From Nitrospirota bacterium (GTDB taxonomy: Bacteria > Nitrospirota > Thermodesulfovibrionia > Thermodesulfovibrionales > Magnetobacteriaceae), in contig JADFYB010000001.1 of the NCBI GenBank assembly GCA_015233245.1, forward strand, positions 23,386 through 87,385: a DNA stretch of 64,000 nt. Reading direction: 5' to 3'. The notes beneath the pieces are model-generated. The model worked only from the letters and a program-made list of their open reading frames with translations. It did no database searches and was not told the DNA's origin. Below, one piece after another: positions 9,231-17,715 of the stretch (positions are counted from its first letter, which is position 1; each line of letters starts with the position of its first letter). The position numbers were made by a program, and so were the translations under genes.

Positions 9231-11396
9231 ATGCCGCTTAAAACACAAAAATATGAAGGGTGTATAGACCGCTTTGACAAAACCGGATTTTCCGGGTGGG
9301 CTTATTACAAAAACACTCCGGATACCCCCGTTGATATTGAAATCTATGATGCTGTAACTCAAACAAATATCGGGACAGTTACAGCAGACATATACAGGAA
9401 AGATCTGGAAGATGCTGGCATTGGCAACGGTTACCACGCGTTTAGATTTGATTTTCCCGGCCATATGGCAGACGGTAAAGATTACACGATAACTGCAAAG
9501 ATTGTTAATACTGATTTCATTCTGAGTTCCATCTCATTTCCAATCAATATACCCGTAGAAATTGAGTATGAAGGGTATATTGAGTTCTTTTACAAGACCG
9601 GATTTTCCGGGTGGGCTTATAGCAAGAAAACTCCAGATACCCCTGTTGATATTGAAATCTATGATGCAGTAACTCAAACACTTATTGATACAGTTACGGC
9701 AGACATATATAGAAATGATCTTGAAGATGCAGGCATTGGCAATGGCTATCATGCGTTTAGATTTGATTTTCCAGACCATATGGCAGATGGTAAAGAGCAC
9801 ACGATAACAGCAAAGATTGTTAGTACTGATTTCATTCTGAGTTCCAATGTTTTTATGATCAATATCCCTGTAGAAATTGAGTATGAAGGGTATATTGAAG
9901 TCTTTGACAAAACAGGATTTTCCGGGTGGGCTTATAACAAAAAAAATCCTGATACCCCTGTTGATATTGAAATATATGATGTAACGACCAAAACACATAT
10001 TGCCATTATAACAGCAGACACATACAGAAAAGACCTTGAAGAGTTGGGCATTGGCAATGGCTGCCATGCGTTTAGATTTGATTTCCCCGACCATTTGGCA
10101 GATGGTAACGATCACTCGATAACTGCAAAGATTTTTAATACTGACTTTTTTCTGAGTTCCAGTTTTTTGATAGTCAATATACCTGTAGAAATTGAGTATG
10201 AAGGGTATATTGAAGGCTTTGGCAAAACCGGGTTTTCTGGCTGGGCATATAACAAAAAAACTCCTGACACTCCTATTGATATCGAAATATATGATGTAAC
10301 AACAACTCAAACACATATCGGTACAGTTACGGCAGACACATACAGGAAAGATCTTGAAGAGTCGGGCATTGGCAATGGCTGCCATGCGTTTCATTTCTTT
10401 TTCCCTGAATATATGGCAGATAACAAAACTCATACGATATCTGTAAAAATTCGTAATACTGACTACATTTTAAAAGATAGCCCTTTTAGTATCGGCATGA
10501 ATATGGATATTGAGTTTATAACAGCTGACATTACTGATAACTGTAATCTGAGGTGTCCTTTTTGCCCAGTAACTCATAAAGGGTTAATGGATAACGGTTT
10601 TATGACAATTGAAACTTTTACAAAAGTAATATCGTTTCTACCATACCTGCCCGCTGCCTCATTTTATTTATCATCTCTTTATGAGCCTACACTTCATCCT
10701 GAGCTGGCAAAGCTCCTGGAACTTATCCCTCTGCAATTGCGCAAGAGAGTGTTGTTTACAACAAACTTAGCTGCTAATCTATCGGATAACATTCTTATCG
10801 CTATGAGTAAAAGCGGCATTCACCATATTAACATTTTGGCAGATACGCTTAATCCGTCCTTGTATCCTAAATTAAGAAAAGGCGGTATCTTTGACAGATT
10901 CATCAATAACCTTAAGCGTTTGGCATCGTTATTTTCTCAGCAGCCTCGTGCTCCACAACTCCACTACATAACCGTAGCTTTAAAATCCAACATAGGCGAA
11001 ATTCCGGACATTGTAACTCAATGTGCTACTAAGTACGCAAGCGTATTTCATGAAATAAGGTATCCTTTTAACGTAACCGGCATAGATTCTCAGTGGAAAA
11101 AAGACAATTTCATAACAGATGAGGCAGATTGGGATACTCTTGAAAAATCTTTGAAAGACACCGGTATCAGTTATGTTTTACATCGCCCGCCTGAAAACTA
11201 TTACAGCAAAGTTGTTTCACCAGCAGATTGCTGTGAAACAAGACAGCATCAGACGCTGGCGTTACCGCCTGGAAAGCCTATACAGTTGAGGATTGACTAT
11301 AAAGGAACTATCAGAATTCTAAACAGAGAAGATGATTTTCTTGTGAATGTTAATTTGCTGGATAATCCGGTAACGCTGATCAGTACTTTTTTTTAA
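9231..11396 (+). CDS. Four copies of the ~105-aa module fused to a C-terminal radical SAM domain (paralog of 7285..9162)
   Basis: 721 aa. Modules start at about aa 8, 113, 218 and 323. CX3CX2C (NCNLRCPFC) lies at 10542..10565. The C-terminal ~300 aa is about 70% identical by eye to the previous gene, for example LAANLSD.ILIAMSKSGIHHINI and TLNPSLYPKLRKGGI. Confidence 0.85.
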   Translation: MPLKTQKYEGCIDRFDKTGFSGWAYYKNTPDTPVDIEIYDAVTQTNIGTVTADIYRKDLEDAGIGNGYHAFRFDFPGHMADGKDYTITAKIVNTDFILSSISFPINIPVEIEYEGYIEFFYKTGFSGWAYSKKTPDTPVDIEIYDAVTQTLIDTVTADIYRNDLEDAGIGNGYHAFRFDFPDHMADGKEHTITAKIVSTDFILSSNVFMINIPVEIEYEGYIEVFDKTGFSGWAYNKKNPDTPVDIEIYDVTTKTHIAIITADTYRKDLEELGIGNGCHAFRFDFPDHLADGNDHSITAKIFNTDFFLSSSFLIVNIPVEIEYEGYIEGFGKTGFSGWAYNKKTPDTPIDIEIYDVTTTQTHIGTVTADTYRKDLEESGIGNGCHAFHFFFPEYMADNKTHTISVKIRNTDYILKDSPFSIGMNMDIEFITADITDNCNLRCPFCPVTHKGLMDNGFMTIETFTKVISFLPYLPAASFYLSSLYEPTLHPELAKLLELIPLQLRKRVLFTTNLAANLSDNILIAMSKSGIHHINILADTLNPSLYPKLRKGGIFDRFINNLKRLASLFSQQPRAPQLHYITVALKSNIGEIPDIVTQCATKYASVFHEIRYPFNVTGIDSQWKKDNFITDEADWDTLEKSLKDTGISYVLHRPPENYYSKVVSPADCCETRQHQTLALPPGKPIQLRIDYKGTIRILNREDDFLVNVNLLDNPVTLISTFF
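9252..10496 (+). repeat. 4 x 315-bp in-frame coding tandem repeat
   Basis: TCCGGGTGGG occurs at 9291, 9606 and 9921, and the variant TCTGGCTGGG at 10236, an exact 315-bp period. The fourth copy carries one extra codon. Confidence 0.9.
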
Positions 11397-11436
11397 TGCC
11401 AGCCATCTATACACTTCTGAGTTAGTATAATACAAA

Positions 11437-11512
<76 letters not shown>

Positions 11513-11734
11513 ATTAACACGCTTAAAATCTTAAGCATATAGAGTTTAACTATTTTGCCGGGTTATTGTCAACTTAATAAATTTACGACAATCAAAAAAA
11601 AAATTACTCAACTTTTTTATTATATAATACAAAGCATTATTACCACGAAATACACGAAATTTACATTTTTTTTAATTCATCTTATATAGTTAATTGTAAA
11701 AAACACTCAGAAAATAGTATCTTACAATCACTGT

Positions 11735-13237
11735 ATGAACACACCTGAGCACGGGAATGACCTTTTACGTGATGAGCAAGACTCTGTCAGTCTGATTGCA
11801 AGGAATTATTTTTTTATTTTTATAGCACGTATCCTTAGAATCGGCACCGGTATTTTATTGCTGTTTGGCCTTGCACGGGTTCTTACGGTAGTGGATTTCG
11901 GTAACTTTGTCTTTGTGGTAAGCCTTACGGCAAGTGTAATGAGCATAGCTTTCTATGGGGTTGGACAGGCTCTTGTGCGCGAGGTGTCACAAAACAGGGA
12001 TAAAGCCTCTCTTTATATTGGAATAGCGCTTAAAGTCAGGGTCTGGCTGGCTGTTGCTTCATTTGCAGCCGTAATCGCTATTGCCATTATTATGAAGGTA
12101 GAGAAACTTATTCTTATCGCTATTATCATCTCCGCTGTTGCTGAAATATTCAGGGCTTTTTCAGATCTCTCTAAAGACGTATTCAGAGCATACGAGAAAA
12201 TGCAATACGAAATGGTTCTTACAACCGTTTACTCTGCCGTATTGCTTGTTATCGTAATCGCTATTGTTTATTTCAAGAGCGGATTTATGCCTGTTGTTAT
12301 CGCAATTTTAGTGGCTCAGGTTGTACAGTTTATATTAAGCATCCGGATTATGTTAAAGAAATTTGTAGTTCCAGCTAAAGTGTTTCCAATGGCCGACCTC
12401 GGGATATTTCTCAGAGATGCTTTCAGTCTGGGCCTTGGCGTACTGTTTGTACAAATTATTGGCCGGCTGCCAGCTTTGCTTCTGAAATACTTAAAGGGGG
12501 CTGAGGAGGTTGCTTTTTTTGAAACTGCCCACGGCATTATCATTCAGACGCTGGTTCTTAGCGAGGTGCTGATGACTGTGTTTTTACCGCGATTTTCTTT
12601 TTTAGCTGCTTTACAAGACAGAGACAGAATTAAAGATATTGGTAGCAAATTTTTTAAGATACTCCTTGTGTTTTCATTGAATGTTTCAATCCTGTTTTTT
12701 GTCTTTTCAAGGGAAACCATGGGGATACTCTATGGGCACAAGTATGATTCATCGTGGATGATTTTAAGGGTCATCTCTTATTCTGTAGTGTTTTTATTTT
12801 TAGCTAATTTTGCCCATCTGTTTTTTATTTCCTTAAAGATGCAAAAGCAGTTTATACTTTGTAATTTAATTTCTCTCGTACTGATAGCCATTTTGCTTGT
12901 CGCTTTGGTTCCTGTATATGGGTACAGGGGGGCTGCTCTTGCCTCTTTAACGGCATATTTTTCAAATTTTCTTGTTTCACTTTTTGTATTAAACAGGTCA
13001 GTGTTAAAGCTTCCCGTCTTTACTGTAGTGAAAGCCATGGCGTACTCTGCCGTGTCGGTTTGTACCGGGATTTTGATAAAGGATTATAATGTTTACATTG
13101 CAGTCATAACAACTGAGGTGATGTTTTTAGGATTAGCAGTTTGTGGAGGCATTTTTGATATAAATGAGAAAATTTACATTATGGATATACTGAGACGATT
13201 AAAAGTACGCGAAAGGGGGGTTTTTCAACAGCCATGA
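11735..13237 (+). CDS. Polysaccharide/oligosaccharide flippase (Wzx-like, MOP superfamily)
   Basis: 500 aa with 12-14 predicted TM helices throughout. The layout is typical of polysaccharide biosynthesis protein family members. It is the first gene of a tight glycan operon. Family assignment rests on topology and context. Confidence 0.6.
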   Translation: MNTPEHGNDLLRDEQDSVSLIARNYFFIFIARILRIGTGILLLFGLARVLTVVDFGNFVFVVSLTASVMSIAFYGVGQALVREVSQNRDKASLYIGIALKVRVWLAVASFAAVIAIAIIMKVEKLILIAIIISAVAEIFRAFSDLSKDVFRAYEKMQYEMVLTTVYSAVLLVIVIAIVYFKSGFMPVVIAILVAQVVQFILSIRIMLKKFVVPAKVFPMADLGIFLRDAFSLGLGVLFVQIIGRLPALLLKYLKGAEEVAFFETAHGIIIQTLVLSEVLMTVFLPRFSFLAALQDRDRIKDIGSKFFKILLVFSLNVSILFFVFSRETMGILYGHKYDSSWMILRVISYSVVFLFLANFAHLFFISLKMQKQFILCNLISLVLIAILLVALVPVYGYRGAALASLTAYFSNFLVSLFVLNRSVLKLPVFTVVKAMAYSAVSVCTGILIKDYNVYIAVITTEVMFLGLAVCGGIFDINEKIYIMDILRRLKVRERGVFQQP

Positions 13238-14211
13238 GACTTAAAGTTGAGCTGATAAAAGATATTTTCAGGTTTATTTACTATTATCCGTTTAGGTACC
13301 TTGTCGGGCTTCTTCCATTTACGTTTTCATACAGCCTGATTAAAGCCCTTGGGAGTATCGGCTTTAATATTGATAAAAAGAAGGAGTTTGCCTATTCTAA
13401 AGAACTTCAAAGGCTTTTTCCGAATAAGAAAGCAGAGGAAATCCGTTACCTTGCAAAGGAGACTTTACTGAATTTTCTGCAAAATGAGATAGAAACCCTG
13501 ATGTTTCCTAAGATTAACAAAGACAACATAGACTGGTTTATAAAGTATGACGGACTTGATAATCTGGATGAGGCGCTAAAGCAGCAAAGAGGAGTTATTT
13601 TGCTTTTTGCGCACTTTGGGGCAAACCAGATGGTGATGCCTGCAATCGGATATAAAGGATACAAGATGAGCCAGTTGGGAGCGCCTGCAACTGTCTGGAC
13701 TGAAAAGGAAAATGTATCTTACATAAAAAAGAAGAACATGGAAATCAAATGGCGGCACGAACAAACCCTTCCTGTAACCCATATTAATGTGTTTGGTTCT
13801 CTTAAGGAGGCATTCCTGTGTTTAAAGAGAAACGAGATACTTGGAGTGGCAATTGATGGCGGGGGCGGCAAGGAATGGGTGGAGGTAGAGTTTTTTGGCA
13901 AGAAGGCGCTTTATTCTACTGGTGCCATAGATATTGCTCACAGGACAGGAGCAGTAATACTGCCTGTCTTTATGGTCAGAGGGCAGGACAGCCGCCACAA
14001 GATGATTATAGAAAGTCCTCTTGTATGCCCTGAAGGAGCTGATAAAACAGAAACCATAACAAATTACACAGCCGCTTTTGTCAGTCGGCTGCAGTCTTAC
14101 GTGGCAAGATACCCGTGGCATTACATATACTATCTTGCGTGGCGCAGCAAGATAGCACTAAACGGTGACGATGTGCCGTATTTTAAAGATGACACTTTAA
14201 GCGTGTGTTAG
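13234..14211 (+). CDS. LpxL/HtrB-family (lipid A biosynthesis-type) acyltransferase
   Basis: 325 aa with one N-terminal TM helix. VILLFAHFGANQM resembles the H.GnWE active-site block of lauroyl/myristoyl acyltransferases, and a downstream DGGG block is present. ATGA overlap with the flippase stop. Confidence 0.55.
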   Translation: MRLKVELIKDIFRFIYYYPFRYLVGLLPFTFSYSLIKALGSIGFNIDKKKEFAYSKELQRLFPNKKAEEIRYLAKETLLNFLQNEIETLMFPKINKDNIDWFIKYDGLDNLDEALKQQRGVILLFAHFGANQMVMPAIGYKGYKMSQLGAPATVWTEKENVSYIKKKNMEIKWRHEQTLPVTHINVFGSLKEAFLCLKRNEILGVAIDGGGGKEWVEVEFFGKKALYSTGAIDIAHRTGAVILPVFMVRGQDSRHKMIIESPLVCPEGADKTETITNYTAAFVSRLQSYVARYPWHYIYYLAWRSKIALNGDDVPYFKDDTLSVC

Positions 14212-14237
14212 CTAGTAAGGCAAAAGGGGTAACACAA

Positions 14238-15758
14238 ATGAGAATATTACTGATTAGACCGCCGTACACAAGATTAAAAGGGGTGGGGCAATCGCCGTAT
14301 TTTCCGCTGGGACTCGGCTACATAGCGGCAGTGCTAAGGGAAAACGGTTACGAGGCGGTTATATATCATGCCGAAAATCCAAAAAGTAAAGCTGAGTGCG
14401 TATTTCCGGATGCTGATATGACTTTTAATTTTCGCTCTAAGAGTTACCACCGTTACATGGAAATCTTAAAAGATGACACTCACTTTGTTTGGACTGAGGT
14501 CAGACAGACTCTCAAAGATTACAGGCCTGACATGGTTGGTATATCAATTTTGTCAGTAGAGGTCGGTTCAGCACTAAAGATAAGTCAGCTTGTTAAAGAG
14601 TACAATCCTAGTTGTTATGTCCTTTGGGGGGGGTTGCATCCGAGCTTTTTAACCGATGAGAGTTTAATGCTGCCTGAGGTTGATTTTGTAATAAGGGGTG
14701 AGGGTGAATATCCCACTCTTGAGCTTTGCAGAGCGCTTGAGGGACGTATGCCCTTAAACTCTGTTGAGAGTCTTTCGTTTAAGGAAAATGGAAATATTAT
14801 CCATAACCCTGTGCGCATGGCAGTGGAAAATGTGGACGATATCCCGTTTCCTGCCCGTGATTCGGTACTGTATCCTGAGACATTTGATTTCAAATCACTG
14901 GGCAGTATGATTGTTTCACGGGGGTGTCCTTTTAGGTGCACATTCTGTTCGTCAAGAAATTTCTGGGATAAAAAGGTGCGAATGAGAAGCCCAGGCAATG
15001 TTATTAAGGAAATACAACTGCTTAAGGAGACCTATGGCACTAACTTTATAATGTTTTGGGATGACTCATTTACTATCAACAGAACTGTCATAGAAAAGTA
15101 CTGCAAATCACTCATAGAGTCTAAGGTAAACGTAAGCTGGAAAACTGCTACGCGGGCGGATTTGATAGATGAGCCACTTCTTGAGCTGATGACAAAGTCA
15201 GGGTGTGTGAAACTTGAAATAGGGGTGGAAAGCGGAAGCGACCGAATAAAAAAAATAATCTCTAAGGATGTTTCAAACGAACAGATTAAAAAAGCTTTTT
15301 CACTTATCTCTAAAAAAGGAATCGGGGTTGGCGGTTTTTTCATGGCCGGATTCCCGGATGAAACACTGGAGGACCTTGCAGAAACCTTTAAGCTTATGCA
15401 GGAACTTAAGGCCGGGGAGCTTGCCTTTAATATTTTTGACCCTATGCCGGGAAGCAATGAGTACGAAAAGTGTATAGCTGAGGGACTCGTTCCAAAAAAT
15501 CCGGATTGGACAAATTTCCCCTTTTGGCCTGATGCCTATTATGTTAAAAATATTAAAAGAGAGGATTTTGACAACTACGTAAACATGATAGCCAGATGGC
15601 TTTACGATTACAATAACAAATTTACTACAAAGCTTAAACGAAGCAAACACCTTATCCGTTACTTGCTGAAAAATGACCCGGTGTTTTTAATCAAAAAAGT
15701 TTTCAAGTATCTTACAAGGCGTAAAAAGGTTCATTCGGCATCTGTTACGGGTAACTGA
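14238..15758 (+). CDS. B12-binding-domain radical SAM protein (class B)
   Basis: The N-terminal MRILLIRPPY...GLGYIAAVL...DMVGIS pattern fits a cobalamin-binding domain. It is followed by SRGCPFRCTFCSS (CX3CX2C). I prefer the ATG at 14238 (AAGGGG RBS) over the track start at 14205. Confidence 0.85.
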   Translation: MRILLIRPPYTRLKGVGQSPYFPLGLGYIAAVLRENGYEAVIYHAENPKSKAECVFPDADMTFNFRSKSYHRYMEILKDDTHFVWTEVRQTLKDYRPDMVGISILSVEVGSALKISQLVKEYNPSCYVLWGGLHPSFLTDESLMLPEVDFVIRGEGEYPTLELCRALEGRMPLNSVESLSFKENGNIIHNPVRMAVENVDDIPFPARDSVLYPETFDFKSLGSMIVSRGCPFRCTFCSSRNFWDKKVRMRSPGNVIKEIQLLKETYGTNFIMFWDDSFTINRTVIEKYCKSLIESKVNVSWKTATRADLIDEPLLELMTKSGCVKLEIGVESGSDRIKKIISKDVSNEQIKKAFSLISKKGIGVGGFFMAGFPDETLEDLAETFKLMQELKAGELAFNIFDPMPGSNEYEKCIAEGLVPKNPDWTNFPFWPDAYYVKNIKREDFDNYVNMIARWLYDYNNKFTTKLKRSKHLIRYLLKNDPVFLIKKVFKYLTRRKKVHSASVTGN

Positions 15759-15771
15759 CAGTGGCTGATAA

Positions 15772-17673
15772 ATGACAGCGGCCATTTTTATTTGTCTTTC
15801 AACTCTGCTGGGATTGGCAATTGAGAGATCCTTTGGTTTTTCCAAAAACTCATGGATTAAGCTCTCATTTGCCTTAATCATCGGTAATTTACTTTCTACC
15901 TGGGGCGTGTACATTTTATCGGCATTTGTTGGTTTCAATATGATATCCGTGCTGAGTGTTGGCGTTATTCTGTTGTTCCTTGCAGTGCGTTTTATGAGTG
16001 TTTCCTCATTTAAAAGTCCGGACTTTAGTATGTCACACGTGCAGGCATACCTGTGTATGGTCATTATGCCGTTTTTCATTTTTGGCATGTGGGAAAGAGC
16101 TGATGGCAGTGTCATGTTTATAGGAAATTATAACGATATGGCTTATCACATGTCTATGATTTCCTCATTTATCGAAAAAATGGATTTCCCGCCTGCAAAT
16201 CTGCAATCAGCCGGAGATGCGTTAAGGTATCACTATCTGGTTAACTTTAACTCGGCAATACTGATGCGTTGCGGGATGCCTTTGTTATACTCTGTGATTA
16301 TTCCTCAGATTCTGTATAGTTTTGCTCTTGTTAACATTCTGTATCATTTCTGTAAAACCATGCTCAAGACGGAAACAGCGGTTTTCTTTTCTTCAACGTT
16401 AATAATTATGGGGCACACGGGGTTTTTTAATATTTTGTTTGCTCTTGTTGGGTTTCCTGTCACCCATACCCCGCTTAAGCTTTCCTCGTGGCTTAGTGTC
16501 AGAGAGGAGATGTTGAGGCCGTTTTATAATTTTCTGGATGTAATTATAAACCTGTTTCACCCCCAGAGACCGTTTTTATTTGGGTTTCCTCTGGCACTCA
16601 TAATACTGTCTGCTGCCAGCAAGGAACTGATTAAAGAAGATGATGCCGATTATGATAATCTCTTTATGATTTCACTGTTTACAGGGCTTATGCCTCTTTT
16701 TCATATTCATAGTTTCTTTATAGTCTGTCCTATTATCGTGATAATGTTTTTGTATATGTGTAGTGATAAAAAAAGAGCATTCATAGCGTTATCCCCGCTT
16801 TTATTAGGGGTGTTTCAGATAGTTTTTTTGTTTTCAGGTTTAAAACCTTCATATTATGCCGGATTTGACGTGCATAAACTTGGAGGCGGGCTGAATGAGA
16901 TAAAGCCGCTTAATTCAGAAATTATCGCAAGAGTAATATTTTGGATAAGAGCTGGTGGTGCTGTCCTTACCACAGGGCTTTTATCGGTATTTTTATATTT
17001 CAGAAGGTATAAGGAATCCTCAATTGCAATGGGCAGAAAAAATGTCTTTCTCATTGTTTCTCTGGCAGTTACGTTTTCATTTTTTTTATTGATAAATTTT
17101 TATCGTTTTAGTCCGGCATGGGGAGACAGTAATAAGTTTTTCTTTTATTTCGATTTAATCTTATCGCTTTTTGTAGGAATACAACTGAGCAATATGTTTA
17201 AGAATGGAAACATTGTTAAAAAAACAGCGGCAGTTTTAATCATAACACTTGTGGCTGTGCTGCCATTTTCAACTGAGTTCCACATTATTTTTACAAAACC
17301 AAAGAGTGTGTTATTTAGTGCCGGGGATAGAATTACGGCAAGGTGGATAAAATCAAACACAGCTAAGGATTCAATTTTTCTAACAAGCAACAGTGTAATA
17401 CATTTTGTCCCCTCCATAGGGGCTCGTGCTGTAGTGGACGGAGCATATAACTGGGAGGTGGGGTATGACAAACCTGGCAAGAGGGACGATGTAGGAAAGA
17501 TTTATTTAACCGGAGACCCTGAACTTATAAAAAAATACAATATAACATACATTTTGGTAAGCCAGTATGAACTAGACTCACTCAGTGTAAAGTATGACAA
17601 ACTTGCACGATATAGGTTAGTGTATGATGCAAGTATTGATGGGCATAGCTTTAAAATATATGATGTCAAATAA
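15772..17673 (+). CDS. Hypothetical polytopic membrane protein, possible GT-C-type glycosyltransferase
   Basis: 633 aa with more than 12 TM helices. An acidic loop motif YNDMAYH follows early helices, and a ~100-aa soluble C-terminus is present. It is the last gene of the 11735..17673 operon. No family recognised with certainty. Confidence 0.5.
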   Translation: MTAAIFICLSTLLGLAIERSFGFSKNSWIKLSFALIIGNLLSTWGVYILSAFVGFNMISVLSVGVILLFLAVRFMSVSSFKSPDFSMSHVQAYLCMVIMPFFIFGMWERADGSVMFIGNYNDMAYHMSMISSFIEKMDFPPANLQSAGDALRYHYLVNFNSAILMRCGMPLLYSVIIPQILYSFALVNILYHFCKTMLKTETAVFFSSTLIIMGHTGFFNILFALVGFPVTHTPLKLSSWLSVREEMLRPFYNFLDVIINLFHPQRPFLFGFPLALIILSAASKELIKEDDADYDNLFMISLFTGLMPLFHIHSFFIVCPIIVIMFLYMCSDKKRAFIALSPLLLGVFQIVFLFSGLKPSYYAGFDVHKLGGGLNEIKPLNSEIIARVIFWIRAGGAVLTTGLLSVFLYFRRYKESSIAMGRKNVFLIVSLAVTFSFFLLINFYRFSPAWGDSNKFFFYFDLILSLFVGIQLSNMFKNGNIVKKTAAVLIITLVAVLPFSTEFHIIFTKPKSVLFSAGDRITARWIKSNTAKDSIFLTSNSVIHFVPSIGARAVVDGAYNWEVGYDKPGKRDDVGKIYLTGDPELIKKYNITYILVSQYELDSLSVKYDKLARYRLVYDASIDGHSFKIYDVK

Positions 17674-17685
17674 AAAACCTGGGGT

Positions 17686-17710
17686 TAAGGGAGGGCAGCG
17701 CCCTCTCTTA
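17686..17710. terminator. GC-rich hairpin between convergent genes (putative bidirectional terminator)
   Basis: TAAGGGAGGGC-AGC-GCCCTCTCTTA forms about 10-11 bp, including one G-T pair. It sits between the stop at 17671..17673 (+) and the stop at 17716..17718 (-). An A-run lies upstream and a T-run downstream, neither immediately adjacent. Confidence 0.45.
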
Positions 17711-17715
17711 TTCAA

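Noticed and set aside
9534-10433. 299-aa minus-strand ORF antisense to the four-module gene.
   Set aside because: It lies entirely inside the much longer, motif-rich plus-strand gene. Its own internal repeats simply mirror the 315-bp coding repeat. It has no RBS and no recognisable motif, so I treat it as a shadow ORF.
6600-10500. Regular periodic repeats that could be mistaken for a CRISPR array or a satellite.
   Set aside because: The periods are 306, 321 and 315 bp, all multiples of three. The copies lie in frame inside long ORFs and are conserved at the protein level. There are no short repeat/spacer units and no cas genes.
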